A stretch of 64,000 nt of DNA. Source: the human T2T-CHM13v2.0 reference genome, Homo sapiens. This document shows, piece after piece, positions 1-13,545 of this stretch. The stretch spans positions 30,848,001-30,912,000 of the forward strand of contig CP086569.2 of the NCBI GenBank assembly GCA_009914755.4, written 5' to 3'. The position numbers and the translations under genes were made by a program. The notes under the pieces were generated by a model. The model was not told the DNA's origin. It saw only the letters and a list, made by a program, of their open reading frames with translations, and did no database searches. How positions within the stretch are numbered: position 1 is the stretch's first letter; every line of letters starts with the position of its first letter.

Positions 1-3000
1 ACGGAATGGAATCTAATGGAATGGAATTAAATGGAAATGAATCAAATTGAATAGCACGGAATTGAATTGAATGGAATGGAATGCAATGGAATCTAATGAA
101 ACGGAAAGGAAAGGAATGGAATGGAATGGAATGGGCTGGAATGGAAAGGAATCGAAACGAATGGAATGGAATCGAACTGAAGAGACTGGAATGGAATGCA
201 CTGGAATGGAAGGGAGTGTAATGGAAGGTTCTCGAAAAAAATGGAATCGAATGGAATGGAATTGAATGGAACGGAATAGAGTCGAATGGAATTGAATGGA
301 ATGGAATGGACTAGAGTGAAATGGAATCGAACCACAAGGAATGGACAGGAATAGAATGGTCTCGAATTGAATGGAATCGTATGGAATGGCATCAAACGGA
401 ATGGAATGGACAGCCACGGAATGGAATGCACTCGAATGCAATGGAGTCGAAACTAATGGACTGGAATAGAATGGACTCGACTGGTACGGACTCCAATGGA
501 ATGGAATCGAATGGAAGGGAATCGAACGGAATGGACTCGAAGGGAAAAGACTGCAATGGAAAGGTCTCGAATGGAATGGAAATTAATGGAATGGAATGGA
601 ATCGAATGAAATGGAGTCAAAAGGAATGGAATCGAATGGCAAGAAATCGAATGTAATGGAATCGCCAGGAATTGATGTGAACGGAACGGAATGGAATGGA
701 ATCCAAAGGAATGGAATAGAATGGAATGGAATCGAATGGAAAGGACTCGAATGGAAATCACTCGAATAGAATGCAATTTAATAAAATAGGATCAAATGTA
801 ATGGAATGGAATGGAAAGGAATCGAAACGAAAGGAATGGAGACAGATGGAATGGAATAGAACAGCGAGCAATGGTATAGAATGGAATGGAATCATCTGGA
901 ATGGAATTGAATGGAATGGAATAATATGAAATGGAATGGAATGGAATGGAATGGAATGGAATGCCCTTGAATTAAATGGACTGGAATGGAATGGACTCGA
1001 ACAGAGTGGAATGGAAAGTGTTGAGATAGAATGGAATGGACTCCTTTGGAATGGTGTAGTATGCAATGCAATCGACTGGCAGGGAATCAAATGGAATGTA
1101 ATCGAATGGATTGGACTGGAATGCAATGGACTCGAATAGATTGCAAACGGAATGCAAAGGAATGGAATGGAATAGTATGGAATGGAATGGAAAGGAATGG
1201 AGTGGAATAGACTAGAGTGGAATGGAATGGACTGGAAAGCAATGGACTGGAATGGAACTTTCTTGAATGGACTGGAATCAAACGGAATGGAATGCAATGC
1301 AATCAAATGGCATGGAATAAAATAGAATGAAAGAGAATCAAATGGAATTGAATCGAATGGAATCGAATGGATTGGAAAGGAATAGAATGGAATGGAATGG
1401 AATGGACTCAAATGGAATGGACTAGAATGGAATGGATTCGAATGGAAGGCAAAGGAATGGAATCTATTGGAATGGACTGTAATGGAATGGAATGGAAGGG
1501 ATTGGAATGGACTCGAATGGAATGGACTGCAATAGAAAGGATTCGAATGGAATGAAAAAGAATTGAATGGAATAGAACAGAATGGAATCAAATCGAATGA
1601 AATGGAATGGAATAGAAAGGAATGGAATGAAATGGAATGGAAAGGATTCGAATGGAATGCAATCGAATGGAATGGAATCGAACGGAATGGAATAAAATGG
1701 AAGAAAACTGGCAAGAAATGGAATCGAAATGAATGGAGTGTTATGGAACGGACTCAAAAGGAATTGAATGTAATAGAATGGAGTGGAGTGGACTCGAATA
1801 TAATGGACTGGAATGGAATGAAATCACATGGAATGGGAACGAATGGAATGGAATGGAAAGGAATGGAATCGAATGGAAAGGAATCGAATGGAAGGGAATG
1901 AAATTGAATCAACAGGAATGGAAGGGAATAGAATAGACGGCAATGGAATGGACTCGAATAGAATGGACACGAATGCTCAAATTGAATGGACTCGAATGGA
2001 ATGGAAACGAAAGGAATGTCATCGAATGGAATTGAATCGATTGGAATGAAATCGCATAGAATGGAGTGGAATCAAATGGAATTGAATCGAAAGGAAAGGA
2101 AGCGAATGGACTGAAATGAAATGGAATGGAATTGAATGGAAAGTAATGCAATGGAATAGAATGGAACGAAATTTCACGGAATGGAATCAAACTGAATGGA
2201 ATCAAATCAATGGAATCAAATCAAATGAATGGAAAGGAATTGAATGGAGTAGATTGGATTGGATGGGATTGGAATGAAATGTACTGGAAAGGACTCGAAT
2301 TTCATGAAACGGAATGGAATGAATTGGAACGGAATGGACTCGAATGGAATGGAATGACATGGAATGGCATCAAATGGAATGGCATCAAATGGAATGGAAT
2401 CGAATGCAATGGAATGCTATGGAAGGGAATGGAATGCATTGGAATGGAATGTCCTCTAATGGAATGGATTCGAGTGGAATGGAATCGAATATAATGGAGT
2501 CGAATGAAATGGAATTGAAAGGAATGGGATCGAATACAATGGAATATACTGGAATGTAATGTAATGAACTCGAATGTAATTGACTGGAATGGAATGTACA
2601 TGAATGGAATGTAATCGAATGGAAAGTAATCCAATGGAATAGAATCTAATGCAATAAAATCGACTCAGATAGAGTAGAATGTAATGGAATGGAGTGCAGT
2701 GCAATGGAATGGAATGGAATGGAATGCAATTGAATGGAATGGAATGGAATGGAATGGAATGGAATGGAATGGGATGGAATGGTATGGAATGGATAGTAAT
2801 GGACTGGAGTGAAATGGACTGGAAAGGAATGGACTCAAATTGAAAGGGCTCGAAAGGAATGGAGTCAAATGGAATGGTCTGGAATGGAATGAACAAGAAT
2901 GTAATGCAATCCAATAGAATGGAATCGAATGACATGGAATATAAAGAAATGGAATCGGAGAGAATGGAAACAAATGGAATTGAATTGAATGGAATGGAAT

Positions 3001-3568
3001 TGAATGGTATGGGAACGAATGGAGTGAAATTGTATGCAGTAGAAGGGAATAGAATGGAATGCAAGCGAAAGGAAAGGAATGGATTGGAATGGAATGGAAT
3101 TCATTGGAATGGAAGGGAATGTAGTGTAATGGACAGGCCTGGAATAAAGTGGAATGCTACGGTCTCGAATGGAATAAAAATGTATGGAATGGAATGCAAT
3201 GAAATGGAATCGAATGTCATAGAATGTAATGGAATGCAACAAAATGGAATCCAAAATCATTGACTGGAAAGGCTGGGTGTCGAAAGGAATTGACTCCAAT
3301 GGAATGGAATCGAATGGAATGGAAGTGAATAGAATCGAACTAAATCGAATGGAATGGAATTGATAGGAACGGAATGGAAAGGAATGCAATGATTTGGCAT
3401 GGAATGGAATCGAATGGCATCGAATGGAATGGAATGGAATGCAATGGAATGGAATGTATTAGAATGTAATGAACTTTAATGGAATGTACTCGAATGGATT
3501 CGACTGGAATGGAATGTTCTGGAAGTGAATGGACTCCAATGGAATGGATTCCAAAGGAATGGAATCGT
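1..3568 (+). repeat. HSat3 higher-order repeat unit 1 (3568 bp, full length), DYZ1-like
   Basis: The anchor acggaatggaatctaatggaatggaattaaatggaaatga recurs at 1 and 3569. One GGCC site (about 3136) and one GAATTC site (about 3098). Confidence 0.85.
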
Positions 3569-4983
3569 ACGGAATGGAATCTAATGGAATGGAATTAAAT
3601 GGAAATGAATCAAATTGAATAGCACGGAATTGAATTGAATGGAATGGAATGCAATGGAATCTAATGAAACGGAAAGGAAAGGAATGGAATGGAATGGAAT
3701 GGGCTGGAATGGAAAGGAATCGAAACGAATGGAATGGAATCGAACTGAAGAGACTGGAATGGAATGCACTGGAATGGAAGGGAGTGTAATGGAAGGTTCT
3801 CGAAAAAAATGGAATCGAATGGAATGGAATTGAATGGAACGGAATAGAGTCGAATGGAATTGAATGGAATGGAATGGACTAGAGTGAAATGGAATCGAAC
3901 CACAAGGAATGGACATGAATAGAATGGTCTCGAATTGAATGGAATCGTATGGAATGGCATCAAACGGAATGGAATGGACAGCCACGGAATGGAATGCACT
4001 CGAATGCAATGGAGTCGAAACTAATGGACTGGAATAGAATGGACTCGACTGGTACGGACTCCAATGGAATGGAATCGAATGGAAGGGAATCGAACGGAAT
4101 GGACTCGAAGGGAAAAGACTGCAATGGAAAGGTCTCGAATGGAATGGAAATTAATGGAATGGAATGGAATCGAATGAAATGGAGTCAAAAGGAATGGAAT
4201 CGAATGGCAAGAAATCGAATGTAATGGAATCACAAGGAATTGATGTGAACGGAACGGAATGGAATGGAATCCAAAGGAATGGAATAGAATGGAATGGAAT
4301 CGAATGGAAAGGACTCGAATGGAAATCACTCGAATTGAATGCAATTTAATAAAATAGGATAAAATGTAATGGAATGGAATGGAAGGGAATCGAAACGAAA
4401 GGAATGGAGACAGATGGAATGGAATGGAACAGAGAGCAATGGTATAGAATGGAATGGAATCATCTGGAATGGAATTGAATGGAATGGAATAATATGAAAT
4501 GGAATGGAATGGAATTCATTGGAATGGAAGGGAATGTAGTGTAATGGACAGGCCTGGAATAAAGTGGAATGCTACGGTCTCGAATGGAATAAAAATGTAT
4601 GGAATGGAATGCAATGAAACGGAATCGAATGTCATAGAATGTAATGGAATGCAAAAAAATGGAATCCAAAATCATTGACTGGAAAGGCTGGGTGTCGAAA
4701 GGAATTGACTCCAATGGAATGGAATCAAATGGAATGGAAGTGAATAGAATCGAACTAAATCGAATGGAATGGAATTGATAGGAACGGAATGGAAAGGAAT
4801 GCAATGATTTGGCATGGAATGGAATCGAATGGCATCGAATGGAATGGAATGGAATGCAATGGAATGGAATGTATTAGAATGTAATGAACTTTAATGGAAT
4901 GTACTCGAATGGATTCGACTGGAATGGAATGTTCTGGAAGTGAATGGACTCCAATGGAATGGATTCAAAAGGAATGGAATCGT
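3569..4983 (+). repeat. HSat3 HOR unit 2, internally deleted variant (1415 bp; about 2153 bp missing, unit coordinates ~935 to ~3095)
   Basis: Anchor at 3569, next anchor at 4984. At ~4495-4515 the sequence jumps from ...aataatatgaaatggaatggaatgg to attcattggaatggaagggaatgtagtg, which sits at ~3095 in unit 1. Confidence 0.85.
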
Positions 4984-7900
4984 ACAGAATGGAATCTAAT
5001 GGAATGGAATTAAATGGAAATGAATCAAATTGAATAGCACGGAATTGAATTGAATGAAATGGAATGCAATGGAATCTAATGAAACGGAAAGGAAAGGAAT
5101 GGAATGGAATGGAATGGGCTGGAATGGAAAGGAATCGAAACGAATGGAATGGAATCGAACTGAAGAGACTGGAATGGAATGCACTGGAATGGAAGGGAGT
5201 GTAATGGAAGGTTCTCGAAAAAAATGGAATCGAATGGAATGCAATTGAATGGAACGGAATAGAGTCGAATGGAATTGAATGGAATGGAATGGACTAGAGT
5301 GAAATGGAATCGAACCACAAGGAATGGACAGGAATAGAATGGTCTCGAATTGAATGGAATCGTATGGAATGGCATCAAACGGAATGGAATGGACAGCCAC
5401 GGAATGGAATGCACTCGAATGCAATGGAGTCGAAACTAATGGACTGGAATAGAATGGACTCGACTGGTACGGACTCCAATGGAATGGAATCGAATGGAAG
5501 GGAATCGAACGGAATGGACTCGAAGGGAAAAGACTGCAATGGAAAGGTCTCGAATGGAATGGAAATTAATGGAATGGAATGGAATCGAATGAAATGGAGT
5601 CAAAAGTAATGGAATCGAATGGCAAGAAATCGAATGTAATGGAATCGCAAGGAATTGATGTGAACGGAACGGAATGGAATGGAATCCAAAGGAATGGAAT
5701 AGAATGGAATGGAATCGAATGGAAAGGACTCGAATGGAAATCACTCGAATAGAATGCAATTTAATAAAATAGGATCAAATGTAATGGAATGGAATGGAAA
5801 GGAATCGAAACGAAAGGAATGGAGACAGATGGAATGGAATGGAACAGAGAGCAATGGTATAGAATGGAATGGAATCATCTGGAATGGAATTGAATGGAAT
5901 GGAATAATATGAAATGGAATGGAATGGAATGGAATGGAATGGAATGGAATGCCCTTGAATTAAATGGACTGGAATGGAATGGACTCAAACAGAGTGGAAT
6001 GGAAAGTGTTGAGATAGAATGGAATGGACTCCTTTGGAATGGTCTAGTATGCAATGCAATCGACTGGTAGGGAATCAAAAGGAATGTAATCGAATGGATT
6101 GGACTGGAATGCAATGGACTCGAATAGATTGGAAACGGAATGCAAAGGAATGGAATGGAATAGTATGGAATGGAATGGAAAGGAATGGAGTGGAATAGAC
6201 TAGAGTGGAATGGAATGGACTGGAAAGCAATGGACTGGAATGGAACTTTCTTGAATGGACTGGAATCAAACGGAATGGAATGCAATGCAATCAAATGGCA
6301 TGGAATAAAATAGAATGAAAGAGAATCAAATGGAATTGAATCGAATGGAATCGAATGGATTGGAAAGGAATAGAATGGAATGGAATGGAATTGACTCAAA
6401 TGGAATGGACTAGAATGGAATGGATTCGAATGGAAGGCAAAGGAATGGAATCTATTGGAATGGACTGTAATGGAATGGAATGGAAGGGATTGGAATGGAC
6501 TCGAATGGAATGGACTGCAATAGAAAGGATTCGAATGGAATGAAAAAGAATTGAATGGAATAGAACAGAATGGAATCAAATCGAATGAAATGGAATGGAA
6601 TAGAAAGGAATGGAATGAAATGGAATGGAAAGGATTCGAATGGAATGCAATCGAATGGAATGGAATCGAACGGAATGGAATAAAATGGAAGAAAACTGGC
6701 AAGAAATGGAATCGAAATGAATGGAGTGTTATGGAACGGACTCAAAAGGAATTGAATGTAATAGAATGGAGTGGAGTGGACTCGAATATAATGGACTGGA
6801 ATGGAATGAAATCACATGGAATGGGAACGAATGGAATGGAATGGAAAGGAATGGAATCGAATGGAAAGGAATCGAATGGAAGGGAATGAAATTGAATCAA
6901 CAGGAATGGAAGGGAATAGAATAGACGGTAATGGAATGGACTCGAATAGAATGGACACGAATGCTCAATTTGAATGGACTCGAATGGAATGGAAACGAAA
7001 GGAATGTCATCGAATGGAATTGAATCGATTGGAATGAAATCGCATAGAATGGAGTGGAATCAAATGGAATTGAATCGAAAGGAAAGGAAGCGAATGGACT
7101 GAAATGAAATGGAATGGAATTGAATGGAAAGTAATGCAATGGAATAGAATGGAACGAAATTTCACGGAATGGAATCAAACTGAATGGAATCAAATCAATG
7201 GAATCTAATCAAATGGAATGGAAAGGAATTGAATGGAGTAGATTGGATTGGATGGGATTGGAATGAAATGTACTGGAAAGGACTCGAATTTCATGAAACG
7301 GAATGGAATGAATTGGAACGGAATGGACTCGAATGGAATGGAATGTCATGGAATGGCATCAAATGGAATGGCATCAAATGGAATGGAATCGAATGCAATG
7401 GAATGTTATGGAATGGAATGGAATGCATTGGAATGGAATGTCCTCTAATGGAATGGATTCGAGTGGAATGGAATCGAATATAATGGAGTCGAATGAAATG
7501 GAATTGAAAGGAATGGGATCGAATCGAATGGAATATACTGGAATGTAATGTAATGAACTCGAATGTAATTGACTGGAATGGAATGTACATGAATGGAAGG
7601 TAATCGAATGGAAAGTAATCCAATGGAATAGAATCTAATGCAATAAAATCGACTCAGATAGAGTAGAATGTAATGGAATGGAGTGCAGTGCAATGGAATG
7701 GAATGGAATTGAATGCAATGGAATGGAATGGAATGGAATGGAATGGAATGGAATGGAATGGAATGGGATGGAATGGTATGGAATGGATAGTAATGGACTG
7801 GAGTGAAATGGACAGGAAAGGAATGGACTCAAATTGAAAGGGCTCGAAAGGAATGGAGTCAAATGGAATGGTCTGGAATGGAATGAACACGAATGTAATG

Positions 7901-8562
7901 CAATCCAATAGAATGGAATCGAATGGCATGGAATATAAAGAAATGGATTCGAAGAGAATGGAAACAAATGGAATGGAATTGAATGGAATGGAATTGAATG
8001 GAATGGGAACGAATGGAGTGAAATTGTATGCAGTAGAAGGGAATAGAATGGAATGCAAGCGAAAGGAAAGGAATGGATTGGAATGGAATGGAATTCATTG
8101 GAATGGAAGGGAATGTAGTGTAATGGACAGGCCTGGAATAAAGTGGAATGCTACGGTCTCGAATGGAATAAAAATGTATGGAATGGAATGCAATGAAACG
8201 GAATCGAATGTCATAGAATGTAATGGAATGCAACAAAATGGAATCCAAAATCATTGACTGGAAAGGCTGGGTGTCGAAAGGAATTGACTCCAATGGAATG
8301 GAATCGAATGGAATGGAAGTGAATAGAATCGAACTAAATCGAATGCAATGGAATTGATAGGAACGGAGTGGAAAGGAATGCAATGATTTGGCATGGAATG
8401 GAATCGAATGGCATCGAATGGAATGGAATGGAATGCAATGGAATGGAATGTATTAGAATGTAATGAACTTTAATGGAACATACTCGAATGGATTCGACTG
8501 GAATGGAATGTTCTGGAAGTGAATGGACTCCAATGGAATGGATTCAAAAGGAATGGAATTGT
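4984..8562 (+). repeat. HSat3 HOR unit 3 (3579 bp)
   Basis: Anchor variant acagaatggaatctaatgg at 4984. Subtype variants are visible in the ORF track (NGTESNG, QLHSIRF). Confidence 0.85.
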
Positions 8563-11500
8563 ACGGAATGGAATCTAATGGAATGGAATTAAATGGAAAT
8601 GAATCAAATTGAATAGCACGGAATTGAATTGAATGGAATGGAATGCAATGGAATCTAATGAAACGGAAAGGAAAGGAATGGAATGGAATGGAATGGGCTG
8701 GAATGGAAAGGAATCGAAACGAATGGAATGGAATCGAACTGAAGAGACTGGAATGGAATGCACTGGAATGGAAGGGAGTGTAATGGAAGGTTCTCGAAAA
8801 AAATGGAATCGAATGGAATGGAATTGAATGGAACGGAATAGAGTCGAATGGAATTGAATGGAATGGAATGGACTAGAGTGAAATGGAATCGAACCACAAG
8901 GAATGGACAGGAATAGAATGGTCTCGAATTGAATGGAATCGTATGGAATGGCATCAAACGGAATGGAATGGACAGCCACGGAATGGAATGCACTCGAATG
9001 CAATGGAGTCGAAACTAATGGACTGGAATAGAATGGACTCGACTGGTACGGACTCCAATGGAATGGAATCGAATGGAAGGGAATCGAACGGAATGGACTC
9101 GAAGGGAAAAGACTGCAATGGAAAGGTCTCGAATGGAATGGAAATTAATGGAATGGAATGGAATCGAATGAAATGGAGTCAAAAGGAATGGAATCGAATG
9201 GCAAGAAATCGAATGTAATGGAATCGCCAGGAATTGATGTGAACGGAACGGAATGGAATGGAATCCAAAGGAATGGAATAGAATGGAATGGAATCGAATG
9301 GAAAGGACTCGAATGGAAATCACTCGAATAGAATGCAATTTAATAAAATAGGATCAAATGTAATGGAATGGAATGGAAAGGAATCGAAACGAAAGGAATG
9401 GAGACAGATGGAATGGAATAGAACAGCGAGCAATGGTATAGAATGGAATGGAATCATCTGGAATGGAATTGAATGGAATGGAATAATATGAAATGGAATG
9501 GAATGGAATGGAATGGAATGGAATGCCCTTGAATTAAATGGACTGGAATGGAATGGACTCGAACAGAGTGGAATGGAAAGTGTTGAGATAGAATGGAATG
9601 GACTCCTTTGGAATGGTGTAGTATGCAATGCAATCGACTGGCAGGGAATCAAATGGAATGTAATCGAATGGATTGGACTGGAATGCAATGGACTCGAATA
9701 GATTGCAAACGGAATGCAAAGGAATGGAATGGAATAGTATGGAATGGAATGGAAAGGAATGGAGTGGAATAGACTAGAGTGGAATGGAATGGACTGGAAA
9801 GCAATGGACTGGAATGGAACTTTCTTGAATGGACTGGAATCAAACGGAATGGAATGCAATGCAATCAAATGGCATGGAATAAAATAGAATGAAAGAGAAT
9901 CAAATGGAATTGAATCGAATGGAATCGAATGGATTGGAAAGGAATAGAATGGAATGGAATGGAATGGACTCAAATGGAATGGACTAGAATGGAATGGATT
10001 CGAATGGAAGGCAAAGGAATGGAATCTATTGGAATGGACTGTAATGGAATGGAATGGAAGGGATTGGAATGGACTCGAATGGAATGGACTGCAATAGAAA
10101 GGATTCGAATGGAATGAAAAAGAATTGAATGGAATAGAACAGAATGGAATCAAATCGAATGAAATGGAATGGAATAGAAAGGAATGGAATGAAATGGAAT
10201 GGAAAGGATTCGAATGGAATGCAATCAAATGGAATGGAATCGAACGGAATGGAATAAAATGGAAGAAAACTGGCAAGAAATGGAATCGAAATGAATGGAG
10301 TGTTATGGAACGGACTCAAAAGGAATTGAATGTAATAGAATGGAGTGGAGTGGACTCGAATATAATGGACTGGAATGGAATGAAATCACATGGAATGGGA
10401 ACGAATGGAATGGAATGGAAAGGAATGGAATCGAATGGAAAGGAATCGAATGGAAGGGAATGAAATTGAATCAACAGGAATGGAAGGGAATAGAATAGAC
10501 GGCAATGGAATGGACTCGAATAGAATGGACACGAATGCTCAAATTGAATGGACTCGAATGGAATGGAAACGAAAGGAATGTCATCGAATGGAATTGAATC
10601 GATTGGAATGAAATCGCATAGAATGGAGTGGAATCAAATGGAATTGAATCGAAAGGAAAGGAAGCGAATGGACTGAAATGAAATGGAATGGAATTGAATG
10701 GAAAGTAATGCAATGGAATAGAATGGAACGAAATTTCACGGAATGGAATCAAACTGAATGGAATCAAATCAATGGAATCAAATCAAATGAATGGAAAGGA
10801 ATTGAATGGAGTAGATTGGATTGGATGGGATTGGAATGAAATGTACTGGAAAGGACTCGAATTTCATGAAACGGAATGGAATGAATTGGAACGGAATGGA
10901 CTCGAATGGAATGGAATGACATGGAATGGCATCAAATGGAATGGCATCAAATGGAATGGAATCGAATGCAATGGAATGCTATGGAAGGGAATGGAATGCA
11001 TTGGAATGGAATGTCCTCTAATGGAATGGATTCGAGTGGAATGGAATCGAATATAATGGAGTCGAATGAAATGGAATTGAAAGGAATGGGATCGAATACA
11101 ATGGAATATACTGGAATGTAATGTAATGAACTCGAATGTAATTGACTGGAATGGAATGTACATGAATGGAATGTAATCGAATGGAAAGTAATCCAATGGA
11201 ATAGAATCTAATGCAATAAAATCGACTCAGATAGAGTAGAATGTAATGGAATGGAGTGCAGTGCAATGGAATGGAATGGAATGGAATGCAATTGAATGGA
11301 ATGGAATGGAATGGAATGGAATGGAATGGAATGGGATGGAATGGTATGGAATGGATAGTAATGGACTGGAGTGAAATGGACTGGAAAGGAATGGACTCAA
11401 ATTGAAAGGGCTCGAAAGGAATGGAGTCAAATGGAATGGTCTGGAATGGAATGAACAAGAATGTAATGCAATCCAATAGAATGGAATCGAATGACATGGA

Positions 11501-12130
11501 ATATAAAGAAATGGAATCGGAGAGAATGGAAACAAATGGAATTGAATTGAATGGAATGGAATTGAATGGTATGGGAACGAATGGAGTGAAATTGTATGCA
11601 GTAGAAGGGAATAGAATGGAATGCAAGCGAAAGGAAAGGAATGGATTGGAATGGAATGGAATTCATTGGAATGGAAGGGAATGTAGTGTAATGGACAGGC
11701 CTGGAATAAAGTGGAATGCTACGGTCTCGAATGGAATAAAAATGTATGGAATGGAATGCAATGAAATGGAATCGAATGTCATAGAATGTAATGGAATGCA
11801 ACAAAATGGAATCCAAAATCATTGACTGGAAAGGCTGGGTGTCGAAAGGAATTGACTCCAATGGAATGGAATCGAATGGAATGGAAGTGAATAGAATCGA
11901 ACTAAATCGAATGGAATGGAATTGATAGGAACGGAATGGAAAGGAATGCAATGATTTGGCATGGAATGGAATCGAATGGCATCGAATGGAATGGAATGGA
12001 ATGCAATGGAATGGAATGTATTAGAATGTAATGAACTTTAATGGAATGTACTCGAATGGATTCGACTGGAATGGAATGTTCTGGAAGTGAATGGACTCCA
12101 ATGGAATGGATTCCAAAGGAATGGAATCGT
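8563..12130 (+). repeat. HSat3 HOR unit 4 (3568 bp), near-identical copy of unit 1
   Basis: Anchor at 8563. ORF-track translations match unit 1 except for rare single substitutions. Confidence 0.85.
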
Positions 12131-13545
12131 ACGGAATGGAATCTAATGGAATGGAATTAAATGGAAATGAATCAAATTGAATAGCACGGAATTGAATTGA
12201 ATGGAATGGAATGCAATGGAATCTAATGAAACGGAAAGGAAAGGAATGGAATGGAATGGAATGGGCTGGAATGGAAAGGAATCGAAACGAATGGAATGGA
12301 ATCGAACTGAAGAGACTGGAATGGAATGCACTGGAATGGAAGGGAGTGTAATGGAAGGTTCTCGAAAAAAATGGAATCGAATGGAATGGAATTGAATGGA
12401 ACGGAATAGAGTCGAATGGAATTGAATGGAATGGAATGGACTAGAGTGAAATGGAATCGAACCACAAGGAATGGACATGAATAGAATGGTCTCGAATTGA
12501 ATGGAATCGTATGGAATGGCATCAAACGGAATGGAATGGACAGCCACGGAATGGAATGCACTCGAATGCAATGGAGTCGAAACTAATGGACTGGAATAGA
12601 ATGGACTCGACTGGTACGGACTCCAATGGAATGGAATCGAATGGAAGGGAATCGAACGGAATGGACTCGAAGGGAAAAGACTGCAATGGAAAGGTCTCGA
12701 ATGGAATGGAAATTAATGGAATGGAATGGAATCGAATGAAATGGAGTCAAAAGGAATGGAATCGAATGGCAAGAAATCGAATGTAATGGAATCACAAGGA
12801 ATTGATGTGAACGGAACGGAATGGAATGGAATCCAAAGGAATGGAATAGAATGGAATGGAATCGAACGGAAAGGACTCGAATGGAAATCACTCTAATAGA
12901 ATGCAATTTAATAAAATAGGATAAAATGTAATGGAATGGAATGGAAGGGAATCGAAACGAAAGGAATGGAGACAGATGGAATGGAATGGAACAGAGAGCA
13001 ATGGTATAGAATGGAATGGAATCATCTGGAATGGAATTGAATGGAATGGAATAATATGAAATGGAATGGAATGGAATTCATTGGAATGGAAGGGAATGTA
13101 GTGTAATGGACAGGCCTGGAATAAAGTGGAATGCTACGGTCTCGAATGGAATAAAAATGTATGGAATGGAATGCAATGAAACGGAATCGAATGTCATAGA
13201 ATGTAATGGAATGCAAAAAAATGGAATCCAAAATCATTGACTGGAAAGGCTGGGTGTCGAAAGGAATTGACTCCAATGGAATGGAATCAAATGGAATGGA
13301 AGTGAATAGAATCGAACTAAATCGAATGGAATGGAATTGATAGGAACGGAATGGAAAGGAATGCAATGATTTGGCATGGAATGGAATCGAATGGCATCGA
13401 ATGGAATGGAATGGAATGCAATGGAATGGAATGTATTAGAATGTAATGAACTTTAATGGAATGTACTCGAATGGATTCGACTGGAATGGAATGTTCTGGA
13501 AGTGAATGGACTCCAATGGAATGGATTCAAAAGGAATGGAATCGT
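12131..13545 (+). repeat. HSat3 HOR unit 5, internally deleted variant (1415 bp), copy of unit 2
   Basis: Anchor at 12131. The same deletion junction is present at ~13060-13080 (ggaatggaattcattgg). Confidence 0.85.

Noticed and set aside
3095-3105. GGAATTCATTGG as a heat-shock element
   Set aside because: GAA and TTC are directly adjacent in GAATTC, without the 2-nt spacing needed for nGAAnnTTCn. It is an EcoRI site, not an HSE.
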